NCBI GenBank assembly: GCA_030248405.1
Contig: JARCMA010000067.1
Coordinates: forward strand, 1 to 43,043
DNA length: 43,043 nt
Source: Microcoleus sp. MP8IB2.171
Lineage (GTDB): Bacteria; Cyanobacteriota; Cyanobacteriia; Cyanobacteriales; Microcoleaceae
Reading direction: 5' to 3'
The translations under genes and the position numbers were made by a program. The notes under the pieces are model-generated. The model was not told the origin of the DNA. It did not search any database and saw only the letters and a list, made by a program, of their open reading frames with translations. Below, piece by piece: positions 9,568 to 20,050 of the stretch. Each line of letters starts with the position of its first letter. Positions within the stretch are counted from its first letter, which is position 1.

Positions 9568-12183
9568 ATGCAACCGAATAATCCAAACCAATTTACCGAA
9601 AAAGCCTGGGAAGCCATCGCCCGCACTCCAGAAGTTGTCAAAGCAGCCCAACAGCAGCAGCTAGAAAGCGAACATTTGATGAAAGCTTTGCTGGAACAAG
9701 AATCGGGACTCGCTAGCAGCTTATTTAACAAAGCGGGAGTTTCTGTAGCAAAATTGCGCGATCGCACTGATGAGTTTATCAGTCGTCAGCCGAAAATTAC
9801 TGGAAGTGGCGGCAACGTTTATCTAGGTCGTTCTCTCGACACTTTGCTCGATCGCGCCGAAACTTACCGAAAAGAGTACGGCGATGAATTTATTTCGATC
9901 GAGCATTTGATCTTAGGATACGTCAAGGACGATCGCTTCGGCAAAAATCTACTGCAAGAATTTAAACTAGATGAAGCCAAACTCAAAGAAATAATTACCC
10001 AAGTCCGGGGGAACAACAAAGTGACAGATCAAAATCCAGAAGGCAAATATGAAGCGCTGGAAAAATACGGCAGAGACTTGACAGAAGCCGCGCGCCAAGG
10101 CAAACTCGATCCAGTAATCGGACGCGATGACGAAATTCGCCGCACGATTCAAATTCTCAGCCGCCGCACCAAGAACAACCCCGTACTGATTGGGGAACCG
10201 GGAGTAGGCAAAACTGCGATCGCCGAAGGACTCGCCCAGCGAATTATCACCGGAGATGTGCCGCAATCTCTCAAAGACAGACAATTAATTAGCTTAGATA
10301 TGGGCGCGTTAATTGCCGGTGCAAAATTCCGGGGAGAATTTGAAGAACGCTTGAAAGCCGTGCTCAAAGAAGTTATGGACAGCAACGGCAAAGTCATCCT
10401 ATTTATAGATGAAATTCACACCGTTGTCGGTGCCGGCGCGACTCAAGGTTCGATGGATGCCGGCAACTTGCTCAAACCGATGTTAGCGAGGGGAGAATTG
10501 CGCTGTATCGGCGCTACAACTCTCGACGAATACCGCAAGTACCTCGAAAAAGATGCGGCACTAGAACGCCGTTTTCAACAAGTTTATGTTGACCAACCGA
10601 CAGTTGAAGATACTGTCTCGATTTTGCGGGGCTTGAAAGAACGGTACGAAGTTCACCACGGCGTTAAAATTTCTGACAGCGCCCTAGTGGCGGCGGCTAC
10701 TTTGTCTACTCGATATATTAGCGATCGCTTTCTTCCAGACAAAGCCATTGATTTAGTGGATGAAGCAGCCGCTAAACTCAAAATGGAGATTACCTCCAAG
10801 CCGGAAGAACTAGACGAAATCGACCGCAGGATTTTGCAGCTAGAAATGGAAAGACTGTCGCTGCAAAAAGAAAGTAACGCTGCTTCGATAGAACGCTTGG
10901 AAAGACTGGAAAAAGACTTAGCCAATCTCAAGGAACAGCAAAGCGGTTTGAACGCCCAATGGCAATCGGAAAAAGGTGTCATCGGCAGCATTCAAAAGAT
11001 TAAAGAACAGATTGATAAGGTGAATATTGAAATTCAACAAGCTGAATTAAAATATGACCTGAACCGCGCTGCTGAGTTGAAATATAGCAAGTTAACTGAA
11101 TTGCAAAAACAATTGCGAGAAGCCGAAGCTCAACTGACAGCAACTCAAACCACTGGTAAAACTTTACTCAGGGAAGAAGTCACCGAATCGGACATTGCCG
11201 AGATTATTTCTAAGTGGACGGGAATCCCGATCAGCAAGTTGGTTGAATCGGAAATGCAGAAACTTCTGCACTTGGAAGATGAACTGCACAAGCGGGTAAT
11301 TGGACAGGATGAAGCGGTGACGGCGGTTGCAGATGCAATTCAGCGATCGCGCGCAGGTTTAGCCGATCCAAACCGTCCGGTTGCGAGTTTTATTTTCCTC
11401 GGCCCCACGGGTGTTGGTAAAACGGAATTAGCCAAAGCATTAGCTTCTTATCTGTTCGACACCGAAGAGGCGATCGTGCGAATTGATATGTCGGAATACA
11501 TGGAGAAACACGCGGTTTCGCGGTTAATTGGTGCGCCTCCGGGATATGTTGGCTACGACGAAGGCGGACAATTAACTGAGGCAATTCGCCGCCGTCCTTA
11601 CGCAGTAATTCTATTCGATGAAATCGAGAAAGCGCACCCGGATGTCTTCAATATCATGTTGCAAATTCTGGATGATGGCCGCGTTACTGATGCTCAAGGT
11701 CACACAGTAGACTTTAAGAATTCTGTGATTATTATGACATCGAATGTGGGCTCTCAATACATCTTAGATGTGGCGGGAGATAACGAAAAAATGCGGAGTC
11801 TGGTGATGGAGGCGATGCGGGGAACTTTCCGCCCGGAATTCCTGAACCGGATTGATGAAACGATTATTTTCCACGGTTTGAGTAAGCCGGAATTGCGGCA
11901 AATTGTGCTGTTGCAAGTCAAGCGTTTGGAAAAACGGTTGGCCGATCGCAAAATGTCTCTGAAATTGTCGGAATTGGCGATCGACTTTTTAGCAGAAATT
12001 GGTTACGATCCCGTTTACGGTGCGCGGCCTCTGAAGCGGGGAATTCAACGCGAGTTGGAAACGCAAATGGCGAAGGGTATTTTGCGGGGAGATTTTGCCG
12101 ATGGCGATACGATTTTTGTGGATATCGAGAATGAAAGGTTGGCGTTTAAGCGGCTACCGGCACAGTTGGTGACTGCTAAATAA
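9568..12183 (+). CDS. clpB: ATP-dependent chaperone ClpB
   Basis: Two AAA modules ([16 protein letters not shown]), coiled-coil middle domain, GYVGY pore loop, 871 aa. Confidence 0.98.
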   Translation: MQPNNPNQFTEKAWEAIARTPEVVKAAQQQQLESEHLMKALLEQESGLASSLFNKAGVSVAKLRDRTDEFISRQPKITGSGGNVYLGRSLDTLLDRAETYRKEYGDEFISIEHLILGYVKDDRFGKNLLQEFKLDEAKLKEIITQVRGNNKVTDQNPEGKYEALEKYGRDLTEAARQGKLDPVIGRDDEIRRTIQILSRRTKNNPVLIGEPGVGKTAIAEGLAQRIITGDVPQSLKDRQLISLDMGALIAGAKFRGEFEERLKAVLKEVMDSNGKVILFIDEIHTVVGAGATQGSMDAGNLLKPMLARGELRCIGATTLDEYRKYLEKDAALERRFQQVYVDQPTVEDTVSILRGLKERYEVHHGVKISDSALVAAATLSTRYISDRFLPDKAIDLVDEAAAKLKMEITSKPEELDEIDRRILQLEMERLSLQKESNAASIERLERLEKDLANLKEQQSGLNAQWQSEKGVIGSIQKIKEQIDKVNIEIQQAELKYDLNRAAELKYSKLTELQKQLREAEAQLTATQTTGKTLLREEVTESDIAEIISKWTGIPISKLVESEMQKLLHLEDELHKRVIGQDEAVTAVADAIQRSRAGLADPNRPVASFIFLGPTGVGKTELAKALASYLFDTEEAIVRIDMSEYMEKHAVSRLIGAPPGYVGYDEGGQLTEAIRRRPYAVILFDEIEKAHPDVFNIMLQILDDGRVTDAQGHTVDFKNSVIIMTSNVGSQYILDVAGDNEKMRSLVMEAMRGTFRPEFLNRIDETIIFHGLSKPELRQIVLLQVKRLEKRLADRKMSLKLSELAIDFLAEIGYDPVYGARPLKRGIQRELETQMAKGILRGDFADGDTIFVDIENERLAFKRLPAQLVTAK

Positions 12184-12189
12184 TTTGGG

Positions 12190-12222
12190 TAGGGTGGGCT
12201 GCGGCTCACCCTAATTTTTTTG
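12190..12222 (+). terminator. Probable intrinsic terminator of clpB (REP-like hairpin)
   Basis: tagggtgggc tgcg gctcacccta followed by a T run. Confidence 0.6.
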
Positions 12223-12302
12223 AGGGGCGATATTTCTTTTTTTGACCGCAGATGTAGGCGGATCGACGCGGATGGACGCGGATGGGATAAGGGCGATCGT
12301 TC

Positions 12303-12479
12303 TTAAGGGCGATCGCTTTCTGATTTATCTTTTTTCTGTTCTTGGCGATCTCTGACTGCTTTAGCAGCAACATGGGAGAGCAAGTTTGCAAGAGTTCTAT
12401 CTTCCTCTTCGGCCCATTCAGACAAGGCTTGATGAACGTCTTCTGGCAGTGTAACTGTGACTCGCATACGTGAAGGCAT
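12303..12479 (-). CDS. Ribbon-helix-helix (CopG/Arc-like) DNA-binding protein
   Basis: RVTVTLPEDVHQALSEWAEEEDRTLANLL matches the RHH beta-strand/helix pattern; ATG 12479 preferred. Confidence 0.85.
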   Translation of the reverse strand: MPSRMRVTVTLPEDVHQALSEWAEEEDRTLANLLSHVAAKAVRDRQEQKKDKSESDRP

Positions 12480-12550
12480 TGGCCGGCATGGTTTTACTTC
12501 TATTGTCTTCAATCTTACACTCCAACACCCTTTGATATCTTTTTGTGTCA

Positions 12551-12571
12551 TTTGATGTTATTGACATCAAA
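12551..12571. promoter_or_regulatory. Palindromic operator overlapping a TTGACA box between divergent genes
   Basis: TTTGATGT-tattg-ACATCAAA; related half-site TTTGATAT at 12531. Confidence 0.55.
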
Positions 12572-12686
12572 TTATGCTATTAGTGTATATAAGGCTCAGG
12601 CCTTAAACAGTCAAAAGCCAGCCCCTTACTGTCCAAGGTTCCGGGCTGGCTCTGGCTCCAACAATTCACTGGAGACGGATTCTATT

Positions 12687-12917
12687 ATGACGTACAAAGA
12701 ACGCTTGTGCTGTTGGGCGATCGCCCGTTTGTTACCCTCTGAGCAATGGATTATTGTTGCCCGCTTCCGCAGTCGTTCCGATGCAGACGGCCATTTTCAG
12801 TTTTTGCGTCAAACTATACCCCACGTTAAGTTTGAGGTTGTGTTCGATTCCAGTGGGGAAAGTCACCGTTTATCCGCGACCTGCCGCCCTTCTAATCCCG
12901 TCAGCATCGCGTTATAA
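12687..12917 (+). CDS. Small hypothetical protein
   Basis: MTYKERLCCWAIARLLP...VARFRSRSDADGH; GGAG upstream; divergent from the RHH gene. Confidence 0.72.
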   Translation: MTYKERLCCWAIARLLPSEQWIIVARFRSRSDADGHFQFLRQTIPHVKFEVVFDSSGESHRLSATCRPSNPVSIAL

Positions 12918-12956
12918 ATGGCAATGTTCGCGGCGATTTCAGTTCACTAAACATTG

Positions 12957-12988
12957 GCGATTCCCTACGGGATAGCTTCGCTTCACGC
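12957..12988 (-). mobile_element. 24-nt micro-element (SDR-like) inserted in a HIP1 site
   Basis: GCGAT|TCCCTACGGGATAGCTTCGCTTCA|CGC; removing it restores GCGATCGC. Confidence 0.85.
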
Positions 12989-13144
12989 ACTTTTTTTGAT
13001 AAGTGCGATCGGCCGTACCATCTTAGCTCAATCAGAATTTACACTGCGGTAGCCTCAAAACTAAAATTCTACGAACAGGACTTTATCAACCTTGGGCTGT
13101 GGTAAAATTATCATATCCACAACACTTTCTCGTTACTTAAAAAT

Positions 13145-13678
13145 ATGCGATCCAAACTAGAAGAAATTACGCTGCAAGACAGAAATGCTGCTGAAATGGA
13201 AATTCGCGACAAGCAGAAGCAAATTAATTACGATACGAGAGACTATCCACTCGAAATACTTGTTCAAAAATATATGGAAGGAATTAACGATGATACTAAC
13301 AAGTTGTTTATTCCCAACTACCAACGCGAACTTTTTTGGGATGAAGCAAGGCAATCAAAGTTTATCGAATCGGTAATTTGGGGGCTGCCAATACCTTCTA
13401 TATTCGTTGTTGATATTGGTCATGATGAAAATGATGAACCACGTTTAGAGATCGTATACGGTGCACAACGCATTCTTACCCTAACTAGATTTGTTAACAA
13501 CGAATTAACCTTAAGTGGACTCAAAAAAATAGAGCGGTTAAATGGATTTAAGTTTAGTGATTTACTCATGCCTCGCCAGAGGAACTTCAACAGAAAGACA
13601 GTTCGGACGATCCAATTAACTGAAGCTGCAAATAAGGAAGTCCGAAGAGATTTATTTAAACGGATACAATCATTTTAA
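13145..13678 (+). CDS. DUF262 (ParB/Srx-fold, GmrS-like) protein, probably truncated or degenerate
   Basis: IPNYQRE, SKFIES..GLPIPSIF; the family DGxQR motif reads YGAQR; the ORF stops at LFKRIQSF, where the FxRIN motif is expected. Confidence 0.8.
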   Translation: MRSKLEEITLQDRNAAEMEIRDKQKQINYDTRDYPLEILVQKYMEGINDDTNKLFIPNYQRELFWDEARQSKFIESVIWGLPIPSIFVVDIGHDENDEPRLEIVYGAQRILTLTRFVNNELTLSGLKKIERLNGFKFSDLLMPRQRNFNRKTVRTIQLTEAANKEVRRDLFKRIQSF

Positions 13679-13789
13679 TTGCAATGTAAATCCATTTTAC
13701 ATACTGCACAAAATCTGATGCAACCCGTTTTAGAAATAAAGTAGTTGCGCGTATTGAATATTTCCGCAATTAACTGCCATGTCACACTC

Positions 13790-14482
13790 GTGAATACTGT
13801 ATTTTTAGACTTTAATACACGCGCCAAAGAGGTGAATGATTACTTCATTTTTCTGGAGAGCTTGGAAAAACAGACAACGAAGTTAGCTGTATTCGATCCT
13901 GCTGGCACATACAAAATACAAAGCCTCGATCCTGAGTTAGCAAAAACTCTGAAAGCTAATGGTTTTTTATTACTATATAACTTAGTTGAATCTACTATGC
14001 GAAATGCGATTGAAGCCATATTTGAGGAGTTTAAAAATAAATCCATCTCATTTGACCAACTCAAACCAAAAATCAAAATAGTTGTTCTTCAAAATCTTAA
14101 AAATCGTTCTCCTAAGAAAATTCATTTAACAATCAACCAAATCTCTACAGATATCATCACAGCTACATTTGAGCGCGAAGAACTGTTTTCAGGAAATGTG
14201 GATGCTAGGTTGATTAAAGAAATAGCGGAAAATTATGGTTTTTCATATCAAACAGACTTTAGTAAGACAAAGAACGGGCAAAATCTTGTAGTTGTTAAAA
14301 GCAACAGGAATGATTTGGCGCATGGGATTAAGTCTTTTGAGGAAGTGGGGCGAGATAAGACAATTAAGCAACTATTAGAAATTAAGGAAGAAGTCGTAGA
14401 GTATTTGACGCAAATACTGGAAAATATCAGAGATTATCTTGACTATGAAGAATATTTAGAGTTACCCACAGGTAATCCTTAA
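13790..14482 (+). CDS. HEPN-like nuclease, MAE_28990/MAE_18760 family
   Basis: LKANGFLLLYNLVEST, FSGNVD and HEPN Rx4H motif RNDLAHG; follows the DUF262 gene; GTG 13790 preferred. Confidence 0.88.
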   Translation: MNTVFLDFNTRAKEVNDYFIFLESLEKQTTKLAVFDPAGTYKIQSLDPELAKTLKANGFLLLYNLVESTMRNAIEAIFEEFKNKSISFDQLKPKIKIVVLQNLKNRSPKKIHLTINQISTDIITATFEREELFSGNVDARLIKEIAENYGFSYQTDFSKTKNGQNLVVVKSNRNDLAHGIKSFEEVGRDKTIKQLLEIKEEVVEYLTQILENIRDYLDYEEYLELPTGNP

Positions 14483-14513
14483 TTTTTGTTTTCTTCAGTC
14501 CGCGCAGGTGTCC

Positions 14514-14577
14514 AGAAACCGGGTTTTTGCGAGAATACTTCCTACAGCCTGCAGAAACAGCAAAAAACCCGGTTTCT
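14514..14577. repeat. Dispersed inverted-repeat element (AGAAACCGGGTTTTT...AAAAACCCGGTTTCT)
   Basis: 15-bp terminal inverted repeat; internal sequence resembles the copy at 23912-23978. Confidence 0.8.
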
Positions 14578-14648
14578 CGCGATCGCCATCAACCTAAAAT
14601 GACGCAATTACGTTAAAAAACCGGGTTTTTGCGTCCAGGGATACTAAC

Positions 14649-15311
14649 TTACTTCCGCACCATCACAGAGCGAATCACAGCATTCGGCTGATACTTATTA
14701 GTCTGATAAAATCCTCCTTTACCAGCACCATAAACTCCCGCAAATTGCTTTCCATCAGCCTTGGGAACAAACATAATTTTTCGAGTCGGTTGTTTGGCAA
14801 AAACAACCCCTTCTCTCGATTCATTGTCCACGTTATAAGATAAAGTAGCCTTGCCGTAAATTGCCTCAGCTTGTTTCAGAGTCATTCCCGGCCCGACGCC
14901 CTGAACTGTTTTATAATTGGCATTTTCAGTCATCAAAAGTTCAATGACATCGGTATCTTTTAGCTTTGTACCCGCAGCGTAGATAATCCGATATTGCACT
15001 TTTCCCGATCGACTAACTGCCACAGCGTCAAAGTCTACCATAAAAGGAGACTGAACTTTAAACAGTGCTGTGGAACCCAGAGCCTTTTTCAATTGTCCGA
15101 AAGTCATCCCGACTTTTGCTTCGCCAATTGTGCGATCGGAAATTGTTAAACTTGCAGAAGGTGTTTTTTGAGCAGCATTTGCCGCTTCTCCCAGCACATT
15201 TGTAGCCCCCGGCGCAACAGTGGAACCGGGAGTCGAAATTAAGGTGAGGTAACTGCCGATCGCCAATAAAACAGCTATCATTGATCCAGACAAAACTTTA
15301 ACATTCAACAT
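14649..15311 (-). CDS. Hypothetical exported protein
   Basis: N-terminal hydrophobic helix; IGEAKVGMT and GVGPGMT internal repeats. Confidence 0.8.
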   Translation of the reverse strand: MLNVKVLSGSMIAVLLAIGSYLTLISTPGSTVAPGATNVLGEAANAAQKTPSASLTISDRTIGEAKVGMTFGQLKKALGSTALFKVQSPFMVDFDAVAVSRSGKVQYRIIYAAGTKLKDTDVIELLMTENANYKTVQGVGPGMTLKQAEAIYGKATLSYNVDNESREGVVFAKQPTRKIMFVPKADGKQFAGVYGAGKGGFYQTNKYQPNAVIRSVMVRK

Positions 15312-15333
15312 GACTAATTCTCCTAGATTTCAA

Positions 15334-15498
15334 ATGCGACTATCTACCCGCATCTTTTTGACTATCCTGGGCCTCACCCTCCTAGTTTGGATTATCAGAG
15401 GTGTTGGCTTCTTGACATTCATTCCCGGTGGTGTCATTTGGATACTAATTTTGCTTTCTTTTGTTGCGGGCATCCTCAGCACTTTGCTCCGTAGGTAA
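15334..15498 (+). CDS. Small two-TM membrane protein
   Basis: MRLSTRIFLTILGLTLLVWIIRGVGFLTFIPGGVIWIL; start is 15334 or 15310. Confidence 0.7.
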   Translation: MRLSTRIFLTILGLTLLVWIIRGVGFLTFIPGGVIWILILLSFVAGILSTLLRR

Positions 15499-15542
15499 GC
15501 CAGCATCCGGCAAATAACAATTAACAATTAACAATTAACAAA

Positions 15543-16568
15543 TTATTTTAATTTTGATTGTTTCATTGCCTTTCCCACCGTCACATTCAACTGAGCGCCG
15601 ATCAGCATCACCAAAGAAGAAAGATCGAGCCACAGCAGCAACACAATAAAAGTTCCGATCGTGCCGTAAGTCCAAGTGTAATTGCCCAAATGCAAAACAT
15701 AAAACCGAAATAAAGATGAAAATAGCGCCCACAAAATAGCAGCCAAAACAGCTCCCGACACAATAGGAATATCTGGTTGACGGCGGCTAGGCCCGTAGCG
15801 GTAAATAAAGGCAAAAGCCAGTGATACAATTCCCAAAGAAATCGGCCACCGCCACAGCCGCCAAACACCTAACAATTGCGACTCTAAAGGGCAATTGCCG
15901 GCGAGTAGCAAGCAATTTTGGACATCTTTTAAATCGCAATTGGCGACGGACTCCAGCAGGCAACTCTGGCGGGCAATAGCTTGTACAATTAAGTCGCTGA
16001 CAAATACTACTCCCGATGCTAGAATTAACAGCACAATTGTACCGATACTCAGCGCCAGAGAAATAAGTTTGGCTTTCCAAAATGGTCTAGTTCGATCGCT
16101 CGGGATGTCATGGATGCGATCGAGTGCAGCCATCGCCGCGCTCATTACTCCAGAAAATGCCCAAATCGCCCCAAGAAAGCTCACCGAAAATAGCCCTTTA
16201 CTCCTAGTTAACAGAATTTCTTTGATTAAGCCACCAATTAAATTCCGCACGTCATCGGGTATAACTTCGCCCAAAAGACGGGCGATTTGATACAGTGTTG
16301 ATTGCAAAGGTTCAAACAGGGCGATCGCCGATAACACAGCCAACAGCCCCGGAAACAGCGCCAGCATAGAATTGTAGGCCATTTCTGCAGACAGCCCCGG
16401 CAACCGCTGCTCTCCTGCCTTCGCGCCGACTTCCTTGAGCGTGCGCCAAGTCAAACACCGACAAAACAGCCAAAAACCACCAAATTTCCGTTTGAGAGCT
16501 CGAAGCAGCCTTAAAAGCGCCTTAAACAAAGCTAAAATCAGGTAGCGCAACCAGTAAAAAATGTTCAT
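15543..16568 (-). CDS. YihY/virulence factor BrkB family membrane protein
   Basis: SAEMAYNSMLALFP, IYRYGP, YGTIGTFIVLLLWL...IGAQLN. Confidence 0.92.
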   Translation of the reverse strand: MNIFYWLRYLILALFKALLRLLRALKRKFGGFWLFCRCLTWRTLKEVGAKAGEQRLPGLSAEMAYNSMLALFPGLLAVLSAIALFEPLQSTLYQIARLLGEVIPDDVRNLIGGLIKEILLTRSKGLFSVSFLGAIWAFSGVMSAAMAALDRIHDIPSDRTRPFWKAKLISLALSIGTIVLLILASGVVFVSDLIVQAIARQSCLLESVANCDLKDVQNCLLLAGNCPLESQLLGVWRLWRWPISLGIVSLAFAFIYRYGPSRRQPDIPIVSGAVLAAILWALFSSLFRFYVLHLGNYTWTYGTIGTFIVLLLWLDLSSLVMLIGAQLNVTVGKAMKQSKLK

Positions 16569-16635
16569 AGCGCACAGGCAACGAGGCGAAAGATGAGGTA
16601 CACAAGTCGTTAATTAATTAAGCCATTATCAACTC

Positions 16636-16705
16636 GCAATTGCCAATTCCCAATTGCCAATTCCCAATTCCCCAATCTAAAATCTAAAATCTAAAATCTA
16701 AAATC
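16636..16705 (+). repeat. Heptamer STRR tracts (CCCAATT-like and AATCTAA)
   Basis: gcaattgccaattcccaatt... followed by (aatctaa)4. Confidence 0.8.
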
Positions 16706-16711
16706 AATATT

Positions 16712-17326
16712 ATGGCTCAGGATGTCAGACAGTGGTTAGATGAAATCAAGCGGCTGCAACAGCAGTTAACAGAAGTTTCGCGCGATCGCGATGAAGCCGG
16801 TGAAAGTGCGGCTCAGTGGCGGCAACTCTACAATACCGAAGCCGAACAGCGGCGGAATGATGCCAAATTAACTCAGCAAAGCATCGCTTCTCTGGAAGCA
16901 CAAATAGAGCAATTACAAAATTTTTCCCCCATTATGCCCGAAGGCGATGATGCTGGAGTTGCTCGCCAGCAGGAAGTCGCACAACTGGAAACAGTAGGCG
17001 AACTTAAAGCTAAGTTAGCAGAAGTTCTCCAAGAGCGCGATCGGGCGATCGAACAAATTAAACAACTCACTCAAGCCCTCAAACAAGAAGAAGCCCGCCA
17101 CGCCGAGACTAGCAAAAATTTAACTAGCGCCCTCGGAGATGCCGTTGACTTGCTCACGAAAGCACAAAATCCTGCCCCTAGAAAAACAGAGACAGCATAT
17201 TCTTTAGAAATCGTACCTGTTACCACGGGAAATCCGGGCGAAAGTGCGATCGAAATCCGCCACAATCGGGCAGAACTTTCGCATTCTAAAAATCAGTTAC
17301 TTCAGCTACCGCCTTTTAGTGAGTAA
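16712..17326 (+). CDS. Hypothetical coiled-coil protein
   Basis: MAQDVRQWLDEIKRLQQQL...WRQLYNTEAEQRR; heptad-rich. Confidence 0.85.
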   Translation: MAQDVRQWLDEIKRLQQQLTEVSRDRDEAGESAAQWRQLYNTEAEQRRNDAKLTQQSIASLEAQIEQLQNFSPIMPEGDDAGVARQQEVAQLETVGELKAKLAEVLQERDRAIEQIKQLTQALKQEEARHAETSKNLTSALGDAVDLLTKAQNPAPRKTETAYSLEIVPVTTGNPGESAIEIRHNRAELSHSKNQLLQLPPFSE

Positions 17327-17332
17327 TGATTA

Positions 17333-17457
17333 ATCATACCAAATCCGCTTTTATCATCCGTCTTTTATTCAGTCCGCGCTTCAGTGGACTTCGTGTGTGT
17401 CGTAGCGATTTCAATCGCCGATTGATAAAATCGCTAACAAACTCCGATTGATATGAT
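17333..17457. mobile_element. Degenerate MITE-like element
   Basis: Imperfect terminal inverted repeats atcataccaaatc / gattgatatgat; internal hairpins agtcc..ggact and gcgatttcaatcgc. Confidence 0.5.
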
Positions 17458-17466
17458 GCCTAACTT

Positions 17467-18321
17467 TCAAGCAAAAACCACAGTCCGATTGCCATAAACT
17501 AAAACACGATTTTGTAAATGATATCGCACCGCCCTTGCTAACACAACTCTTTCTAAATCTTTACCTTTGCGAACCAAATCAGACACTTCATCGCGGTGAC
17601 TGACGCGCACAACATCTTGTTCGATAATCGGGCCCGCATCTAAATCTGGTGTAACATAGTGAGCTGTTGCACCGATAATTTTTACCCCTCTTTCATAAGC
17701 CCTTTCGTAGGGATTTGCACCCACAAACGCGGGTAAAAATGAATGGTGAATATTAATCACATTGGGAAATTTTATGATAAAGTCTTGACTCAATATTTGC
17801 ATATATTTAGCCAGAACTACTAAATCAATATTATATTTCTTAATAATTTCTAACTGTTGTGCTTCTTGAATAGCTTTATTGTCTTTAGTAATGGGAATAT
17901 ACTCAAAGTCGATACCGTATTGTGCGGCAAGAGGCTTTAAATTTTGATGGTTGCTGATGATCAGCGGAATTTCACCTCTGATTTCTTGCGCTCGCTGTCG
18001 CCAAATCAAGTCTAATAAACAATGATCTTGACGGCTTACCCAGATCGCGATGCGTCGAATTTTTTGGGAGAAATGCAATTGCCAATTGGCTTGTAAGTCC
18101 TTGGCAATTTCACTAAAAGCAGGTGTTATTTGTTCGGTGGTTAAATCAAAATCATCTAATTGCCATTCTAGCCGGCTCAGAAATAATCCAGCGGTAAAAT
18201 CTGTATGGTGATCGGCGTGGATGATATTGCCGTTGTGGGAGGCGATAAAATTGGCAAGTAAGGCGACGAGTCCTTTGCGATCGGGACAGGCAATTAACAG
18301 GGTTGCAGTAGGGCTAGTCAT
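17467..18321 (-). CDS. purU: Formyltetrahydrofolate deformylase
   Basis: ACT domain CPDRKGLVA; VVLAKYMQILS, INIHHSFLPAF, GVKIIGATAHYVT, DAGPIIEQ; ATG 18321 gives 284 aa. Confidence 0.97.
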   Translation of the reverse strand: MTSPTATLLIACPDRKGLVALLANFIASHNGNIIHADHHTDFTAGLFLSRLEWQLDDFDLTTEQITPAFSEIAKDLQANWQLHFSQKIRRIAIWVSRQDHCLLDLIWRQRAQEIRGEIPLIISNHQNLKPLAAQYGIDFEYIPITKDNKAIQEAQQLEIIKKYNIDLVVLAKYMQILSQDFIIKFPNVINIHHSFLPAFVGANPYERAYERGVKIIGATAHYVTPDLDAGPIIEQDVVRVSHRDEVSDLVRKGKDLERVVLARAVRYHLQNRVLVYGNRTVVFA

Positions 18322-18396
18322 AATATAAGGACAAAATTGTCTCGCTGAGTCGATCGAGAAAAAAGCGATCTCACAGGGGTTTATTGATACGCTTGA

Positions 18397-18542
18397 GGGC
18401 GGGTTCTTCGGCCCACCCCACAATGGATTTTAACTGAGAGTGTAACAGGCATCTTGCCTGTTTCTATGGGCTTACGGGCGGGTTCTTCGGCCCACCCCAC
18501 AAGAGATTTTAACTAAGAGTGGAACAGGCATCTTGCCTGTTT
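18397..18542 (+). repeat. Tandem duplication with 79-bp period (two copies of a double-hairpin unit)
   Basis: gggcgggttcttcggcccaccccacaa...aacaggcatcttgcctgttt at 18397 and 18476. Confidence 0.88.
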
Positions 18543-18584
18543 AGATCTTCCTTCTTCCTTCTTCCCTGTTCCCTCTTCCTTCTT

Positions 18585-19730
18585 CTAAAATCCCATCGCC
18601 CCAGCTACTGCATCCAAACTCGGAGCAATGCCGCTTTTAAATTGATTGTTGCTGTGATTAATTGCCGTATCCGGGTCTTTCAAACCGTTACCAGTCAACA
18701 CGCAAACCACCGTCGCCCCAGTCGGAACTTGGTCTTTCACCTTCAGCAAACCGGCCACAGAAGCTGCACTCGCCGGTTCGCAGAAAATTCCTTCCTGTGA
18801 TGCTAACAAACGATAAGCGTCGAGAATTTCGGCGTCGGTGACTGCTGCAAAACTGCCGCGGCTGGCTTCGGAAGCGGCGATCGCCTGTTTCCAGCTAGCG
18901 GGGTTGCCGATCCGAATCGCCGTCGCCAAGGTTTCTGGGTTCGCCACTGGTTGGCCTGTTACCAAGGGTGCAGCCCCAGCCGCTTGAAATCCCATCATCC
19001 GCGGCAAGCGCGAACATTTTTTGGCTTGGTGGTATTGACAAAAACCCATCCAGTATGCTGTGATGTTTCCCGCATTTCCGACGGGAATGCACAGCCAGTC
19101 TGGGGCATCGCCTAAAGCGTCCACCACTTCAAAAGCACCGGTTTTCTGACCTTCTAAGCGGTAAGGATTCACCGAATTTACCAAAGTCACGGGGTAGTTA
19201 ACAGCCATTTCGCGGACAATTTCTAGGGCCCGATCGAAATTTCCCCCAATCGAAATGACTTCCGCACCGTAAAGCAAAGCTTGCGCCAGCTTGCCCAAAG
19301 CCACGTAACCTTCGGGAATCAACACGAAAGCTCGCATCCCCCCGCGTCTGGCGTAGGCGGCGGCGGAGGCCGAAGTATTGCCGGTACTGGCGCAAATTAC
19401 AGCTTCGGCACCAGCTTCCTTTGCCTTGGAAATCGCCATTGTCATCCCCCGGTCTTTGAAACTACCAGTGGGGTTGAGGCCGTCATATTTCACCAGGACG
19501 CGCACGTCTCGACCGATGAGAGAGGCGATCGCAGGTGCTGGAATCAGGGGAGTATTGCCTTCTTGGAGCGTCACTACCGGCGTGGTTTCCGTCACTGGCA
19601 GGTAGGGGCGATAAGCTTCGATCAAGCCGGGCCAGCCGTAGCGCTTCGGCGAGGCGGCGCGGGCAGCAGAGTTAGCAGCAGAGTCAGTAGCAGGTAGAAT
19701 CAGGGTCACGATGTCAATGGTTTTAGGCAA
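18585..19730 (-). CDS. thrC: Threonine synthase
   Basis: [10 protein letters not shown] (PLP lysine), [30 protein letters not shown]; the start may be GTG 19709. Confidence 0.97.
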   Translation of the reverse strand: MPKTIDIVTLILPATDSAANSAARAASPKRYGWPGLIEAYRPYLPVTETTPVVTLQEGNTPLIPAPAIASLIGRDVRVLVKYDGLNPTGSFKDRGMTMAISKAKEAGAEAVICASTGNTSASAAAYARRGGMRAFVLIPEGYVALGKLAQALLYGAEVISIGGNFDRALEIVREMAVNYPVTLVNSVNPYRLEGQKTGAFEVVDALGDAPDWLCIPVGNAGNITAYWMGFCQYHQAKKCSRLPRMMGFQAAGAAPLVTGQPVANPETLATAIRIGNPASWKQAIAASEASRGSFAAVTDAEILDAYRLLASQEGIFCEPASAASVAGLLKVKDQVPTGATVVCVLTGNGLKDPDTAINHSNNQFKSGIAPSLDAVAGAMGF

Positions 19731-19815
19731 TGGCTAAGGAATTCACACTAATTTTAGCTCGATCGGTTAATTTGATGTTTAATACGATCGGTTCAGGTTA
19801 AAGTAACTTAATGGT

Positions 19816-20050
19816 GTCAGTAACTCTTGGCTCAAGCCACTGAGCTTGTAAGAGAAATCAAGCAAGCTGTACTGACCAGCTATAGTCTTAACTGACTACG
19901 TTATTTAGGTCATGACACCCCGGGATGCGAAGCTAGTCCCTTGCTCTGTCGCTAGTAGTTAAACAGTCTTAAAGTCACTGAGACAGTGCTGCTAGCTTAA
20001 CAAGCCTTTATAACATTGACCGACAAGCTAACATTACTCCGAAAGGAGCA
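19816..20050 (+). ncRNA. Stand-alone omegaRNA (HEARO-type) scaffold
   Basis: Shares co-linear blocks with the iscB leader: CTGACCAG, GTCATGACACC, GCTCTGTCGCTA..AGTTAAACAGT, AGACAGTGCT, ACAAGC, AACATTG, GCTAACATTAC. Confidence 0.85.

Noticed and set aside
18397-18542. Possible CRISPR array
   Set aside because: Only two 79-bp units, near-identical throughout, with no unique spacers of CRISPR size and no cas genes; a tandem REP-like duplication.
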